A stretch of 64,000 nt of DNA from Bacteroidia bacterium (lineage in GTDB: Bacteria; Bacteroidota; Bacteroidia; J057; JADKCL01): NCBI GenBank assembly GCA_020635905.1, contig JACJYV010000005.1, positions 1,133-65,132 of the forward strand. Reading direction: 5' to 3'. Shown piece by piece: positions 39,472-49,525 of this stretch. Below the pieces are notes generated by a model. It made no database searches. It worked only from the letters and a program-made list of their open reading frames with translations, and had not been told where the DNA came from. Made by a program: the position numbers and the translations under genes. How positions within the stretch are numbered: position 1 is the first letter of the stretch; each line of letters starts with the position of its first letter.

Positions 39472-39879
39472 ATGAGTGAATGCAAAAGAAAACGAAGTGA
39501 CAGACTGATCGTTCTGGAGGAAAAAAGAAGCAAAATCACATTCCAGAATCCTTTGCGCCAGGAAATCATGGAGGTAATAGTAGATGGGTGCGCAATTAAT
39601 CAAGGTCCTAAATGTGATTATTTGCTCATTCAATCTTCGGGTTTTGAGCACTTCGTCGAGTTGAAAGGTGTAGACATTCCCCATGCCTTCAAACAGATTG
39701 AAGCCACTATTTTAAAGTTGAGCTCAAATCCCAAGGGTATTGAAAAGCATGCATACATTATTTCAACAAGTTGCCCTTTGACAACCTCACAAATCCAGAT
39801 TCAAAAATCGAAATTCAAGAAAAACTTCAATAGCAGCTTGCTTGTAAAAAACAGCCCCGTTACTTCAAGGTTAAACTAA
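39472..39879 (+). CDS. small (135 aa) PD-(D/E)xK- or RloB-like partner protein
   Basis: Starts 3 nt after the ATPase stop. ...CDYLLIQSSGFEHFVELKG... gives a D…ExK arrangement. N-terminus DRLIVLEEKRSKITF weakly resembles the RloB/OLD-Toprim-like start ILIVCEGEKTE. Confidence 0.4.
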   Translation: MSECKRKRSDRLIVLEEKRSKITFQNPLRQEIMEVIVDGCAINQGPKCDYLLIQSSGFEHFVELKGVDIPHAFKQIEATILKLSSNPKGIEKHAYIISTSCPLTTSQIQIQKSKFKKNFNSSLLVKNSPVTSRLN

Positions 39880-39957
39880 ATCCATTCTGAGGGTTTTCAA
39901 ATTTCCTTCATTATAAAAAAGAACCTGACTGTCTCATTTATTTCATAATAGGGGAAG

Positions 39958-40359
39958 TCAACTATTCAATGGAAACCCAAACCGTTTATTCATCCAAAGC
40001 CTGATCATATTTCCGTCCAGGTCGTTGACAGAGCAGACGAAACTGCCTTCGCCCAGATCCATGATGGGATGCAACCTTTGCATACCTGTTTGCTGCAGAA
40101 ATTCCTCAATATCTGCCACATGAAAGGAGGGTACCACACTGTGAACAGGGGGACCAGGTTTGCGCTTCAAAACGGCATAATGCAGGCCTTCAAAATCGCA
40201 TTCATAATGCTCAGGAATGTTGCCATGGCGCTGCAGGGCAAAGGGAATGCCGAATTTTTCCTGGTAAAAAGCGGCGAATTTTTCCGGGTCAGGGGAGTAA
40301 AAAATGAGGGCTCCAAGTCCTTTAATTTTCATGGGATCTACTTTTTGAGGTTGAATCAT
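39958..40359 (-). CDS. VOC-family (glyoxalase/bleomycin-resistance fold) protein
   Basis: About 130 aa with paired βαβββ pattern, conserved His/Glu positions (…HYAV…, …HVADIEE…), and ...DLDGNMIRL ending typical of glyoxalase-fold proteins. Confidence 0.5.
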   Translation of the reverse strand: MIQPQKVDPMKIKGLGALIFYSPDPEKFAAFYQEKFGIPFALQRHGNIPEHYECDFEGLHYAVLKRKPGPPVHSVVPSFHVADIEEFLQQTGMQRLHPIMDLGEGSFVCSVNDLDGNMIRLWMNKRFGFPLNS

Positions 40360-40418
40360 GTCCCAAATTTAAAGGCGCCCAACCAGGCAAAATTGTAAAA
40401 ATGCGACAAAATCCTGGC

Positions 40419-41180
40419 TCAGTTGTGCACGGAAGCCCTGAAGTCGCGGGCAAATTCTGAGGGAGTCATGCCCGTGATTTGCCTGAAATCGTGGTTGAAA
40501 TGGGCCTGGTCGAAAAACTGGTAGGCGTGGGCGAGCGAAGTCAGATTGAGATTGCGGTTTTGGATCAATTCCCTTTTGACCCCACGAAAGCGAATCACCC
40601 TGGCCAGTGCCTTGGGTGAAAGTCCGGCCACAGCCTCAAATTTCCGTTCCAGAGAGCGCCGCGACAGATTGACCTGATCGGCCAGTTCCTGGGTCCGCAG
40701 GTTTCCCCTGGTCTGAAAAAGCAGTTCTGTCGCAGACTTCACAACCTCCACATCCTGATTCACCCGAAAAAGCCTTTGCAACAAAAATTCCTCCAGCAAC
40801 GGGAGGAAACCACCATCAGGTTGAGCCAAAATCCTTTCCCGCAACAAATTGAACCCGCTGCCAAAAAGGTCCTCAGGAGTGCAAAGCTGATCTGTCAGTT
40901 CATGCACGGGCACGGACAGGAAGGGAAAAGCCCCAAAAGCATAAAACTGCACGGCCAAAAACTTCACCTTTCCTTGCTGAGGCAGGTGAAGTCGGCGGGT
41001 TTGCTGCCCGTTGAACATGGAGTTCGCGTTGTCGTCGTTCAGGTCAATGATCAGGTCGAGGTCGCCGTCGGGATAAATGGCCTGAAAGGCATGCGGCGCG
41101 CAATAATTGCGCTCCACGATCCAGTACGACTGGATCCATTGATCGAGGGGCGGGCTGGGTTTGATCCTTTGGAAACTCAA
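40419..41180 (-). CDS. AraC-family transcriptional regulator
   Basis: C-terminal dual HTH (…LADQVNLSRRSLERKFEAVAGLSPKALARVIRFRGVKREL…LTSLAHAYQFFDQAHFNHDFRQITGMTPSEFAR). Confidence 0.75.
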   Translation of the reverse strand: MSFQRIKPSPPLDQWIQSYWIVERNYCAPHAFQAIYPDGDLDLIIDLNDDNANSMFNGQQTRRLHLPQQGKVKFLAVQFYAFGAFPFLSVPVHELTDQLCTPEDLFGSGFNLLRERILAQPDGGFLPLLEEFLLQRLFRVNQDVEVVKSATELLFQTRGNLRTQELADQVNLSRRSLERKFEAVAGLSPKALARVIRFRGVKRELIQNRNLNLTSLAHAYQFFDQAHFNHDFRQITGMTPSEFARDFRASVHN

Positions 41181-41201
41181 AGCGTTTCGTTTTGCACGAA
41201 T

Positions 41202-41822
41202 TTACTGCTTTGCAGACGACTGAGGGGGTGGATTATTTTGGTTGGGGGATTTTTTGGAGATTTTTTTGCCTTTGAGTTTAATCAGGCCTGATTTGTCTTT
41301 GATTTTTACCCAGGCATTGCAGGTATTTGGAGAGTTGGGAGTGGGTTGAATAAGAAAAGTATCTTTTCCTATAAGCACTTGTCCATATTTTCCGTTGATC
41401 CAGGGTAAATTGTTTTGGCTGTCGAGCTCATAAGTTTTTGAGTCATCCTTATTTGTTTCCCTCAGATTAAAGGTTAGTCTCAGAGAGTCCAATTTGAATT
41501 GCATTTCCAGTGATTCCCCCCATGATTTTGAGTCACAAACCATTTTGGTTTTGGGTTTGATTTTGAAAGCAGTGGCAGGGCCTTGTTTGACTATCTTTCC
41601 CCTTTTAGGGACTGGATCGAACTCATCAATTTGCTTTCCAATCCTATGCAATTTAATTTCCATGGAAGTATAGAATTGTACCTGGTCAGGCTTGATTTTT
41701 GCTTTCTCAAGCCCATTTTTCATGGATTCCGTGAAAGGTTGGAAGTGAAAGCGGGGTTTACATCCAATGATCAGAAGTACAGAAAGAAGTATCCCCCAAA
41801 TTATGATTCGTAAATTTTTCAT
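41202..41822 (-). CDS. lipoprotein, function unknown
   Basis: MKNLRIIIWGILLSVLLIIGC lipobox. Last gene of an apparent 3-gene -strand operon. Confidence 0.45.
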   Translation of the reverse strand: MKNLRIIIWGILLSVLLIIGCKPRFHFQPFTESMKNGLEKAKIKPDQVQFYTSMEIKLHRIGKQIDEFDPVPKRGKIVKQGPATAFKIKPKTKMVCDSKSWGESLEMQFKLDSLRLTFNLRETNKDDSKTYELDSQNNLPWINGKYGQVLIGKDTFLIQPTPNSPNTCNAWVKIKDKSGLIKLKGKKISKKSPNQNNPPPQSSAKQ

Positions 41823-41828
41823 GATTTT

Positions 41829-43625
41829 TTACTTTTGGGTGGACATTAAATAAAATGAATAACCTATCTGAGCCTGGTGGAAATTGATTTTCCAATTACT
41901 CATCTGGCTGTAAAAACGGTAACGGAAAAAGAACTTGCCAGAATTTCCTGCCTTGAAATGACCTTCAAATTCAAAGCGATTCAAGGGAGCCCAAGGACTT
42001 TCCACTTTCCTGCTGACTGGAAATCCATCGATATCCCTGACCAGTAGAATACTGGGGTGTGCCAGCCTGATCCAATCTGTCTGATAAGCGAGGTGAAATC
42101 CATATCTTTCATCTGGGAACACTTCCCATTTCACCAGGGGATGAAACCTGAAAGAATTTACCCCGAACTGATTGAAAGCCCCTGTTGTATCCACATCCAA
42201 AGAGTCATTCAGGTAGATTTTGGGCTCAGTGAGGGCTATCCTGCCAAAGCGAAAACCCGCGTCCAGTGAAATCACGCTTTTCAATTGTTGAAGTTCAAAC
42301 AAGAAAACGTTTAAATCTGCTCCAAATTTGAAGTTTTCAAACTGTAACAGCTGCACAGGAGTAAGGAAACGAGTTTGTCTTAATTGGTTTCCACTCACTT
42401 CATTTAATGAGGGAACAGAAAACTCGCGGTTGTGTTTTTCAAGTTTTGAAATCCCAAGCACCAACTCTACTCCTGAAAAAATACCATAGTTAAACAGACG
42501 GGGATCGTTGTAGCGAAAAAACTTTCTTTTAGCATAGAGGTTAATACTCTTCCTTACTTCGCTCTGAATCAAACCATTGGGCTTTGACTCGTCAAATCCT
42601 ACAAAATCACTGTAAACCCTCGCCTCCAATATTTCGCGGGTTCTCAGCTTGTATAACTTTTTACGTCCATCTTCTGGTTTGATCCAAACCACCTGATCTG
42701 CCGGGCTGTAGTCCTTGCCCCCCAATTGAAGATTTTCCAAATATGAAAGCAGATCTGCGGCAACCAGGACGTATTCGTCGCGTTCCTGCTCGAAAAGTGC
42801 ACTGTTTTCAAAATCATCCAGGTGCATTTTGGTATCCATGGAAATGGGGATTCCGTTGGAAAATTTCAAAAACCGCCCTTCCAGATCATGGGCCTGAACT
42901 GTGACATTTTCCAGGTTTCCATTCCTGAATTCGCATTGTACAGAATCTACGATCGCAATTGCAGTACTGTAGGTTGAATTTCCCTTGTTATTGAATGGCC
43001 CATTACCCCTGACAAGAGTTTCATGGTTTGATAGAAAAATTGATTTCAAGGAATCTCTGTGCAATAGCCTTCCCTGATTCAGGCTGTCAACCTCCAAATC
43101 TTGCCTGGTATTTCTTTTTTGTCTCCAAACATCATAGAAATCGACCCATCCACCATTGGAATCTCTCCTTTTGATCATAGGGATCAGCTTGTTTACCGTA
43201 ATCCACCCGGCAACAGGCTGATAATCAGGCTCCACGTAAGCACCCTTCACAATTTTGATGAACTCCTGGGTAGAAATTCGCTTCAGTTCATCAGTTTCAG
43301 TTGGACTTGGAGATGATCCCAAAAGTGTTTGCATCCGAGCCAGAAATGGAGCTTCAAAAGTCTCATACTGATTCAGGTCAAATCTGGAAGTAATATTCCC
43401 TGGCTTATCGTCTGCGAGATACAAACTGAAACTCATCTTGGCCTCAGCGGAACGGGTCACTCTCAGATTATAATTTTTGCCCTTGAATTGAAAGAGATCA
43501 TCCAGAATCACATTCTGGGCAGGCAGGTAGCCAATGCTGACGACAAAAAGGATCAGCCAGCCAAACAGGATTTTTGGTTTTAGGAAGATCATCTGAATTG
43601 GGTTTAGGGTGAATAAAAAAATCAA
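41829..43625 (-). CDS. secreted/outer-membrane protein, function unknown
   Basis: 598 aa with an N-terminal hydrophobic signal. 4-nt overlap with the upstream MBL gene. Confidence 0.45.
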   Translation of the reverse strand: MIFLFTLNPIQMIFLKPKILFGWLILFVVSIGYLPAQNVILDDLFQFKGKNYNLRVTRSAEAKMSFSLYLADDKPGNITSRFDLNQYETFEAPFLARMQTLLGSSPSPTETDELKRISTQEFIKIVKGAYVEPDYQPVAGWITVNKLIPMIKRRDSNGGWVDFYDVWRQKRNTRQDLEVDSLNQGRLLHRDSLKSIFLSNHETLVRGNGPFNNKGNSTYSTAIAIVDSVQCEFRNGNLENVTVQAHDLEGRFLKFSNGIPISMDTKMHLDDFENSALFEQERDEYVLVAADLLSYLENLQLGGKDYSPADQVVWIKPEDGRKKLYKLRTREILEARVYSDFVGFDESKPNGLIQSEVRKSINLYAKRKFFRYNDPRLFNYGIFSGVELVLGISKLEKHNREFSVPSLNEVSGNQLRQTRFLTPVQLLQFENFKFGADLNVFLFELQQLKSVISLDAGFRFGRIALTEPKIYLNDSLDVDTTGAFNQFGVNSFRFHPLVKWEVFPDERYGFHLAYQTDWIRLAHPSILLVRDIDGFPVSRKVESPWAPLNRFEFEGHFKAGNSGKFFFRYRFYSQMSNWKINFHQAQIGYSFYLMSTQK

Positions 43626-44890
43626 ATGGGAACGGAATATCCATCCCAGGGGTCATTTGCAGGCTTAGTTTCCTTCATCTGAGCCATAAAAATGCGATTA
43701 CCGTCAGAACGAAGGTTGATCATGCCAAACAATACACTCTTGCCATTAAGTGAACGGGCCAATTCAGTAGAAAAAATCAATGGTTTTTCCCCCCGGCTGT
43801 ATTTTCCAAAGGCCCCAAGTGCGTCCGCCCTTGGATGAGAATGACCCTCATTATCCCCAGACGAAATAACGGTTACAAAGGGATTTACCTTTTTGAGAAA
43901 CTCCAGGCTTTGTTCAGAAGACCCATGATGTGGCGCTTTCATTACGTGGCTTTCAAATGGGCTGTTATTCTTATACTTTTTGAGCAAATAGTCCTGAGAT
44001 ACTTCGTTTAAGTCCCCTGAAAAAAGGATGCTCAAATCTCCATACTTCAACTTGATTACAAGGCTGTGTCCATTCACGGTGTGACTTTCATCCTTGAAGT
44101 ATTTGTATCCCTGTCCTTCCATTACAGGACCCAAAAATTGCATTTCCAGGGTTTTTCCTCCAGAATTGAACATCAAAGGAGGAGTTTGGTGAGTAGCCCG
44201 TGCAAATTCCGTTATGCGACCCTGGCTGATCGCCTCAGAAACTGAAAATTGAAACTTCTCGAAACCTGATTGCTTAAATTTCAGGGCCTCCAATTCTGAA
44301 ATGCTGCTGAAAGTTGTTTCGAGAACCCCATTTTGAACATGACCCAAACTGGTTTTATATCCATTATCATTGCCCTTACTCTTCTTTTTAAATTTTCCGA
44401 TTCCTGCATGGAAAATTGTTCCAAAAGTGAACCTGTTGTCATTCACTATTTCAGAGATTCCATTATAATGATCACTGTCAAAGTGGGTAATAAAGACGTA
44501 ATCAATGTACACCTTCTCATTGTGGTCCAGGAAATAAGCATACTGCCAGTTTGTGAGATAATTTTTAATATTTGAGTTCTGGCCCGCATCAATGAGCATT
44601 TTTTTGCCTCCAAACTCAATCAAAACTCCGTCACCCTGCCCTACATCCACAAAAAAGACCTTCAATCCCATTTCATCTGAAACTTCTGATTTCAGAAGCC
44701 AACCATCCGTTCCAACGGTTGAAACTTTGTACCAAAGGCCCTTTTCCTCCAATACTCCCACCCAGGTTCCCATCAGGATTGTGTTGACAGTTTTTCGGGG
44801 TCTTGATGCCGAATTAAAATTGCTTACAGATTCGTAAATCTTTACTTCGCCCTCGGAGGCGTACTTGTGGAACAAAATTTTATTTTCCAT
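43622..44890 (-). CDS. MBL-fold metallo-hydrolase (ComEC/Rec2-type beta-lactamase domain) with N-terminal SH3b-like domain
   Basis: FVDVGQGDGVLIEF…KMLIDAG, ITHFDSDHYNGI (HxHxDH-type metal motif), and ...PHHGS. N-terminus GTWVGVLEEKGLWYKVSTVGTDGWLLKSEV is SH3b-like. Confidence 0.6.
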   Translation of the reverse strand: MENKILFHKYASEGEVKIYESVSNFNSASRPRKTVNTILMGTWVGVLEEKGLWYKVSTVGTDGWLLKSEVSDEMGLKVFFVDVGQGDGVLIEFGGKKMLIDAGQNSNIKNYLTNWQYAYFLDHNEKVYIDYVFITHFDSDHYNGISEIVNDNRFTFGTIFHAGIGKFKKKSKGNDNGYKTSLGHVQNGVLETTFSSISELEALKFKQSGFEKFQFSVSEAISQGRITEFARATHQTPPLMFNSGGKTLEMQFLGPVMEGQGYKYFKDESHTVNGHSLVIKLKYGDLSILFSGDLNEVSQDYLLKKYKNNSPFESHVMKAPHHGSSEQSLEFLKKVNPFVTVISSGDNEGHSHPRADALGAFGKYSRGEKPLIFSTELARSLNGKSVLFGMINLRSDGNRIFMAQMKETKPANDPWDGYSVPI

Positions 44891-44927
44891 TTTCTTGCAA
44901 TTTTTTAGTTTCTAATTCAAAACCCCC

Positions 44928-45614
44928 TCAATCCTTCGTATTCAAATACTGAAAGATCAGGGTATCCGTGAGCCAGCCGACCAGCTTTCCTGCCTCGTCC
45001 TCCACGAAGACATCTTTCACTTCAGGTTTGGTTTTCATCTCGGCGCGCACTTTTTCCAGGGGGGTGCCTTTGCGCACTTTGATGCCGGGCTTCATTTTGT
45101 CGGCATAGGCGGGCTTGGCCAGCAATTGCTCAAAAGTCTGCTCGGGGGCTTCTGAAAGGGCTTTGCGCAGCAGGCTGATGTGGGCGATGTACGCAATGAC
45201 CTCTTCTTGCAGAATGGGCAGCCTGCTTTTGTCCAGATTGTCCCAATCTTTGACCACATCCGCAACCTTCATGGGGTTCAGAACGGAAATATCCCGCGCA
45301 ATCATGGTTTTGCGGCCGATCATGATCTGATCTACCTGAATATCGTCCAGCACCTCGGGCGACAGGCGATTGAATAACTGCATGGATTGACGGGATGCTG
45401 ATTCGAAGTTTTTGGACCCGAAATAAAAAGCCAGAATGGTCCCAATCCAGGTAGCAAACATGGGTAACAAAGCGTTGAAAGCACTGTCTGGGGCACCTTT
45501 AGGCCCAAAAACCATATAAATCCCGGAAACCAAAACCAGAGCCACCAGTGTAGCGACAATTATTATGGTTGCGAGTCTGTCCTGAAAAGGTGTTTTTGCT
45601 GATTCGTCGTTCAT
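44928..45614 (-). CDS. membrane protein with C-terminal CBS-like domain
   Basis: Two N-terminal TM helices. ...VDQIMIGRKTMIARDISV... CBS-like segments. Confidence 0.35.
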   Translation of the reverse strand: MNDESAKTPFQDRLATIIIVATLVALVLVSGIYMVFGPKGAPDSAFNALLPMFATWIGTILAFYFGSKNFESASRQSMQLFNRLSPEVLDDIQVDQIMIGRKTMIARDISVLNPMKVADVVKDWDNLDKSRLPILQEEVIAYIAHISLLRKALSEAPEQTFEQLLAKPAYADKMKPGIKVRKGTPLEKVRAEMKTKPEVKDVFVEDEAGKLVGWLTDTLIFQYLNTKD

Positions 45615-46028
45615 ATAAATGATGATTTATGTTTTTCAAAAAAGTGGTTTTTCATTCAATTGTTTTTGTACATTTCAGAGGCCTGATTCCAGGGAATTTC
45701 AAATCACTTCAGACAAAAAGCCACATAATGGGTCTGATTGGCGCTTTTTCTTCTCAATAACTGTACGGGAATTCCCTTGGGCCTCACGCAATTCCAACTG
45801 ACAAACAGTTTTCAGCAGGGTGCAGATGATTGAGGTGTAATGATTTTTTCTCCATTGTGTTTTTGTTACCAATCGTGTCCGTCCCTCTGAAGGAGGAAAT
45901 TCTGTTAAACCTGTTTCCGGAAAAGAGAACTGAGTTATTTTTTTACTCCCACAAATAAGCCCTTCCATTCCATCCAAAAAATGACAATGGTCAAATCCAA
46001 AAGAAACTAATGTTGCTTTGTGAAAACT

Positions 46029-47390
46029 TCAGCGACGTTTCTTGCGCTGATTCAGCTTTTTGTCGCCCCGGGTTTTGGGCTTATTATACTTTTTGGAGGC
46101 TTCTGCCGCACGGTCTTTGCGCACATTCACCTTCTTATTTTTTTCCTTCTTTTCGTGAAAGGCCTGACCGCGCTCAATTTTTCCCGCGCCTTTGATCGTA
46201 TTCTGGTCCAGTTCTGATTCGGGGCGCTCCTCGGGAATCAATTGCTGCGAAATCTCCACCTCCTCTGGCAATTCCACCTGTGGGATTTCATAATTCATCA
46301 GGGCTTCAATGGCCCGTTTGGCGGGTTCTTCTTTTTCAGTGAAAAACAAAATTGCGGTGCCCGATTCTTCAGCCCGGCCCGTGCGGCCGATACGGTGCAT
46401 GTAGTTTTCAGGAAAGGACGGGGTATCAAAATTGATCACGTGGGTGATTTTCTCCAGATCGAGGCCGCGGGCCATCACATCCGTGGCGATCAGAATCCGG
46501 GTTTTGCCTGCATCAAAGTCCTGAATGGCCTGGATGCGGCTGTTTTGGGACTTATTGGAATGGATAATACCCAGTTCCTGCCCAAATCCGTCCTGCATCA
46601 CCCGAAAAAGGCGGTCGGCCATGCGCTTGGTGGAGACAAAAATCAGCACTTTGCTGAATTTTTTGCGGTTCCAGACCAGGTGAGACAGCAGATTTACCTT
46701 GGTATTGAAATTGGGAACGGGGTAGCAACTTTGGGTAATATTCTCCAGCGGGGTGCCGCTCACCGCAATGGAAATGCGTGCTGGTGCAATGAAAAAATCG
46801 TCGATCAGGTCGTCGATTTCCTCAGTCATGGTGGCAGAAAACATGATATTCTGCCTTTTCTCAGGCAATAATTCGAAAATATTGGTCAGCTGAAAGCGAA
46901 ATCCCAGATCGAGCATCACATCCACCTCGTCGATCACCAGCTTTTTGATGCCTTTGAGCTGCACCGCGCGGGCCAGGGCCAGGTCGTAAAGTCGCCCGGG
47001 AGTGGCCACCACGATATCGCAACCCTCGCTCAGAGCCAGTTTCTGGGCATTGATATTGGCGCCTCCATACACCCCTATGACCCTCAGATGGATGTATTTG
47101 GCAAATTTTTCGATCTCTTCCACCACCTGCAACACCAACTCGCGGGTGGGCACCAGGATCAAAACCCGGGGATTGGGATCTTTGGAAAATTTGTGCTCCT
47201 GCAACAGTGGCAGCATGTAGGCCAGGGTCTTGCCCGTGCCAGTCTGAGCAATTCCAATCACATTCCTGCCCGACATGATCACAGGAAAGGATTCTTCCTG
47301 GACGGGAGTTGGATGCACAAACCCCAGTTCATCCATGGCGTTGAGCAGGGGAGTGGAGATTTTCAGATCGTGGAACGAAATCATGGACAA
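46029..47390 (-). CDS. DEAD-box ATP-dependent RNA helicase
   Basis: Q-motif. AQTGTGKT (motif I), DEVD (II), SAT (III), HRIGRTGR (VI). Basic C-terminal tail. Confidence 0.9.
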   Translation of the reverse strand: MSMISFHDLKISTPLLNAMDELGFVHPTPVQEESFPVIMSGRNVIGIAQTGTGKTLAYMLPLLQEHKFSKDPNPRVLILVPTRELVLQVVEEIEKFAKYIHLRVIGVYGGANINAQKLALSEGCDIVVATPGRLYDLALARAVQLKGIKKLVIDEVDVMLDLGFRFQLTNIFELLPEKRQNIMFSATMTEEIDDLIDDFFIAPARISIAVSGTPLENITQSCYPVPNFNTKVNLLSHLVWNRKKFSKVLIFVSTKRMADRLFRVMQDGFGQELGIIHSNKSQNSRIQAIQDFDAGKTRILIATDVMARGLDLEKITHVINFDTPSFPENYMHRIGRTGRAEESGTAILFFTEKEEPAKRAIEALMNYEIPQVELPEEVEISQQLIPEERPESELDQNTIKGAGKIERGQAFHEKKEKNKKVNVRKDRAAEASKKYNKPKTRGDKKLNQRKKRR

Positions 47391-47508
47391 TGATAGGCTT
47401 TATTTGGGGAATTTGTAAATGGGATTATCACCCAAAGACGAAGTCAAAGGGTGGTGAATTGCTGATTTTCCCTAACTTTATCTTTCGTGAAATGTTACCC
47501 CTGAGCAG

Positions 47509-48303
47509 ATGGATTCAGATTTTCTCCAAAAAATATATGCCCGGCACTGGGCTTACGAAAAAATTCCCACGGCCGACGAAGTGGGCGATTTCTTCACCAA
47601 CCTGATGGGCACCCTGTACCCTGAATTTGCCCGCAAAAACCTGACTTCCCGCAAGGAATTTGACTGGCACGTGGCTGATTTGCAGCAGGATTTGCACAGA
47701 ATGCTGTGTTTCCCACCCAATACGGAACTGGAAAAGGAACAAAATCTGTCTGCACGGTTTTGGGAATCTATTCCCAAAGTTTACGCACAGTTGCAGGAGG
47801 ATATTGACGCCATTGAAGCGGGCGACCCGGCCGCAGACAGCCGCAGCGAGGTGATTCGCAGTTATCCCGGATTTGTGGCGGTGGCCGCTTATCGTTTTGC
47901 GAATGTGCTGCACAAACTGGGCGTCAAAATCATTCCCCGTATGATCACGGAGTTTGCCCACAGCAAAACGGGAGTGGACATTCATCCTGGAGCGACCATT
48001 GGGAGCCATTTTTGTATTGACCACGGCACAGGCATTGTGATCGGGGAAACGACCCACATCGGGAATCATGTGAAACTCTATCAGGGGGTGACTTTGGGCG
48101 CACTTTCGGTGAATAAGGAGGATGCTTCTCTTAAGCGACATCCCACGATCGAAGATCATGTGGTTATTTATGCGGGAGCCTCCATTTTGGGCGGCCAAAC
48201 CCTGGTGGGCCACCACAGTATTGTGGGTGGCAATGTGTGGCTGACGAGATCTGTGCCGCCTCATTCCAAAAACTATTACCGCAGCGAAGCTGAAAACGGA
48301 TGA
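47509..48303 (+). CDS. cysE: serine O-acetyltransferase
   Basis: SATase N-domain plus hexapeptide left-handed beta-helix (DIHPGATIGSHFCIDHGTGIVIGETTHIGNHVKLYQGVTLG). Confidence 0.85.
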   Translation: MDSDFLQKIYARHWAYEKIPTADEVGDFFTNLMGTLYPEFARKNLTSRKEFDWHVADLQQDLHRMLCFPPNTELEKEQNLSARFWESIPKVYAQLQEDIDAIEAGDPAADSRSEVIRSYPGFVAVAAYRFANVLHKLGVKIIPRMITEFAHSKTGVDIHPGATIGSHFCIDHGTGIVIGETTHIGNHVKLYQGVTLGALSVNKEDASLKRHPTIEDHVVIYAGASILGGQTLVGHHSIVGGNVWLTRSVPPHSKNYYRSEAENG

Positions 48304-49175
48304 AACTGAATGATTTGATCGGCAATACGCCCCTGGTGAAGTTGCAGAAACTGAGTCCCAAACCCGGGGTGCGCATGTTTGTGAAACTGGAAGGGCAAAA
48401 TCCGGGGGGAAGTGTGAAAGACCGTGCGGCACTGGGCATGATAGGGGGAGCGTTGGAAAGGGGGGAAATCAAGCCCGGGGACCGGCTGGTGGAGGCTACC
48501 AGCGGCAATACAGGTATTGCGCTGGCCATGATCGCAGGCCAGCTTGGACTGCACATGACCCTGATCATGCCCGACAACAGTACGCCCGAACGGGTAAAAA
48601 CCATGGAAGCCTACGGGGCAAAGGTGATTCTGACTCCCGCAGCGCGCACCATTGAATATTCGCGGGAACTGGCTGAAGAAATGGCGGTAAAGGAAGGATA
48701 TTTCATGCTGAATCAGTTTGGGAATCCGGACAATTATGGCATGCATGTGCGAACCACGGGACCGGAAATCTGGCGGGATACGGAAGGAAAAATCACCCAT
48801 TTTGTGAGTGCCATGGGCACGACGGGTACGATTATGGGGGTGTCGCGCTACCTGAAAAGCCAGAATCCGGGGGTGCAGATCGTGGGTACCCAGCCCATGG
48901 AGGGCTCCAATATTCCCGGGATACGGCGCTGGTCGCTGGAATTTTTGCCCAAAATCTATGAACCCGAACGGGTGGATCGCATTGTGGATGTAAGCCGGGA
49001 GGATGCCATTCTGACCACCCGCCAGCTTGCTGCGGTGGAAGGCGTGTTTTGTGGAATGAGCAGTGGTGGAGCCCTGCATGCAGCTCTGAGGATTGCTTCA
49101 GAACTGGAGGAAGGGATGATCGTTTCGATCGGCTGCGACCGGGGAGACAGGTATTTGAGTTCGGAGCTATTTTAG
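48300..49175 (+). CDS. cysteine synthase (O-acetylserine sulfhydrylase, CysK/CysM family)
   Basis: PLP lysine motif GGSVKDRAALGMI, TSGNTGIALAMIA, GTTGT. ATGA overlap with cysE. Confidence 0.85.
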   Translation: MKLNDLIGNTPLVKLQKLSPKPGVRMFVKLEGQNPGGSVKDRAALGMIGGALERGEIKPGDRLVEATSGNTGIALAMIAGQLGLHMTLIMPDNSTPERVKTMEAYGAKVILTPAARTIEYSRELAEEMAVKEGYFMLNQFGNPDNYGMHVRTTGPEIWRDTEGKITHFVSAMGTTGTIMGVSRYLKSQNPGVQIVGTQPMEGSNIPGIRRWSLEFLPKIYEPERVDRIVDVSREDAILTTRQLAAVEGVFCGMSSGGALHAALRIASELEEGMIVSIGCDRGDRYLSSELF

Positions 49176-49525
49176 GAGCTTCGAGCTTTGAGCTGCTAGC
49201 TGCGAGCCTTTGGAGGGCGAGGGTTTGGGGACGAGGATTTGGTTTTCAATGGGCGGAAGCCCGAGTGCGTGAGGTGCCTGGAGGGTGCCCGACACTTTGG
49301 CGGGCGGTGGCGCCCCCCGCAAAGGATTTTGGGTGGGGCGGCACGGATCCCGAATGTTTTCGGGAGAACCCCTCGAGGGACCGACCCCGAAGCCGGAGCG
49401 GAAAGCGAGCGGCATTCGGGGGCACGCCCTGAATTCAATTAGCAATTATCAGAGAACAATGAACAATTAGAGCTGGGCTTGTAAGAATTCACCCGAGAAT
49501 TTGAAAATTGGCACCAACTGCAATC

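Noticed and set aside
49239-49470. Short ORFs in the GC-rich cysK-phoD intergenic region
   Set aside because: Same high-GC artefact. Overlapping in all frames, with no coding periodicity apparent.
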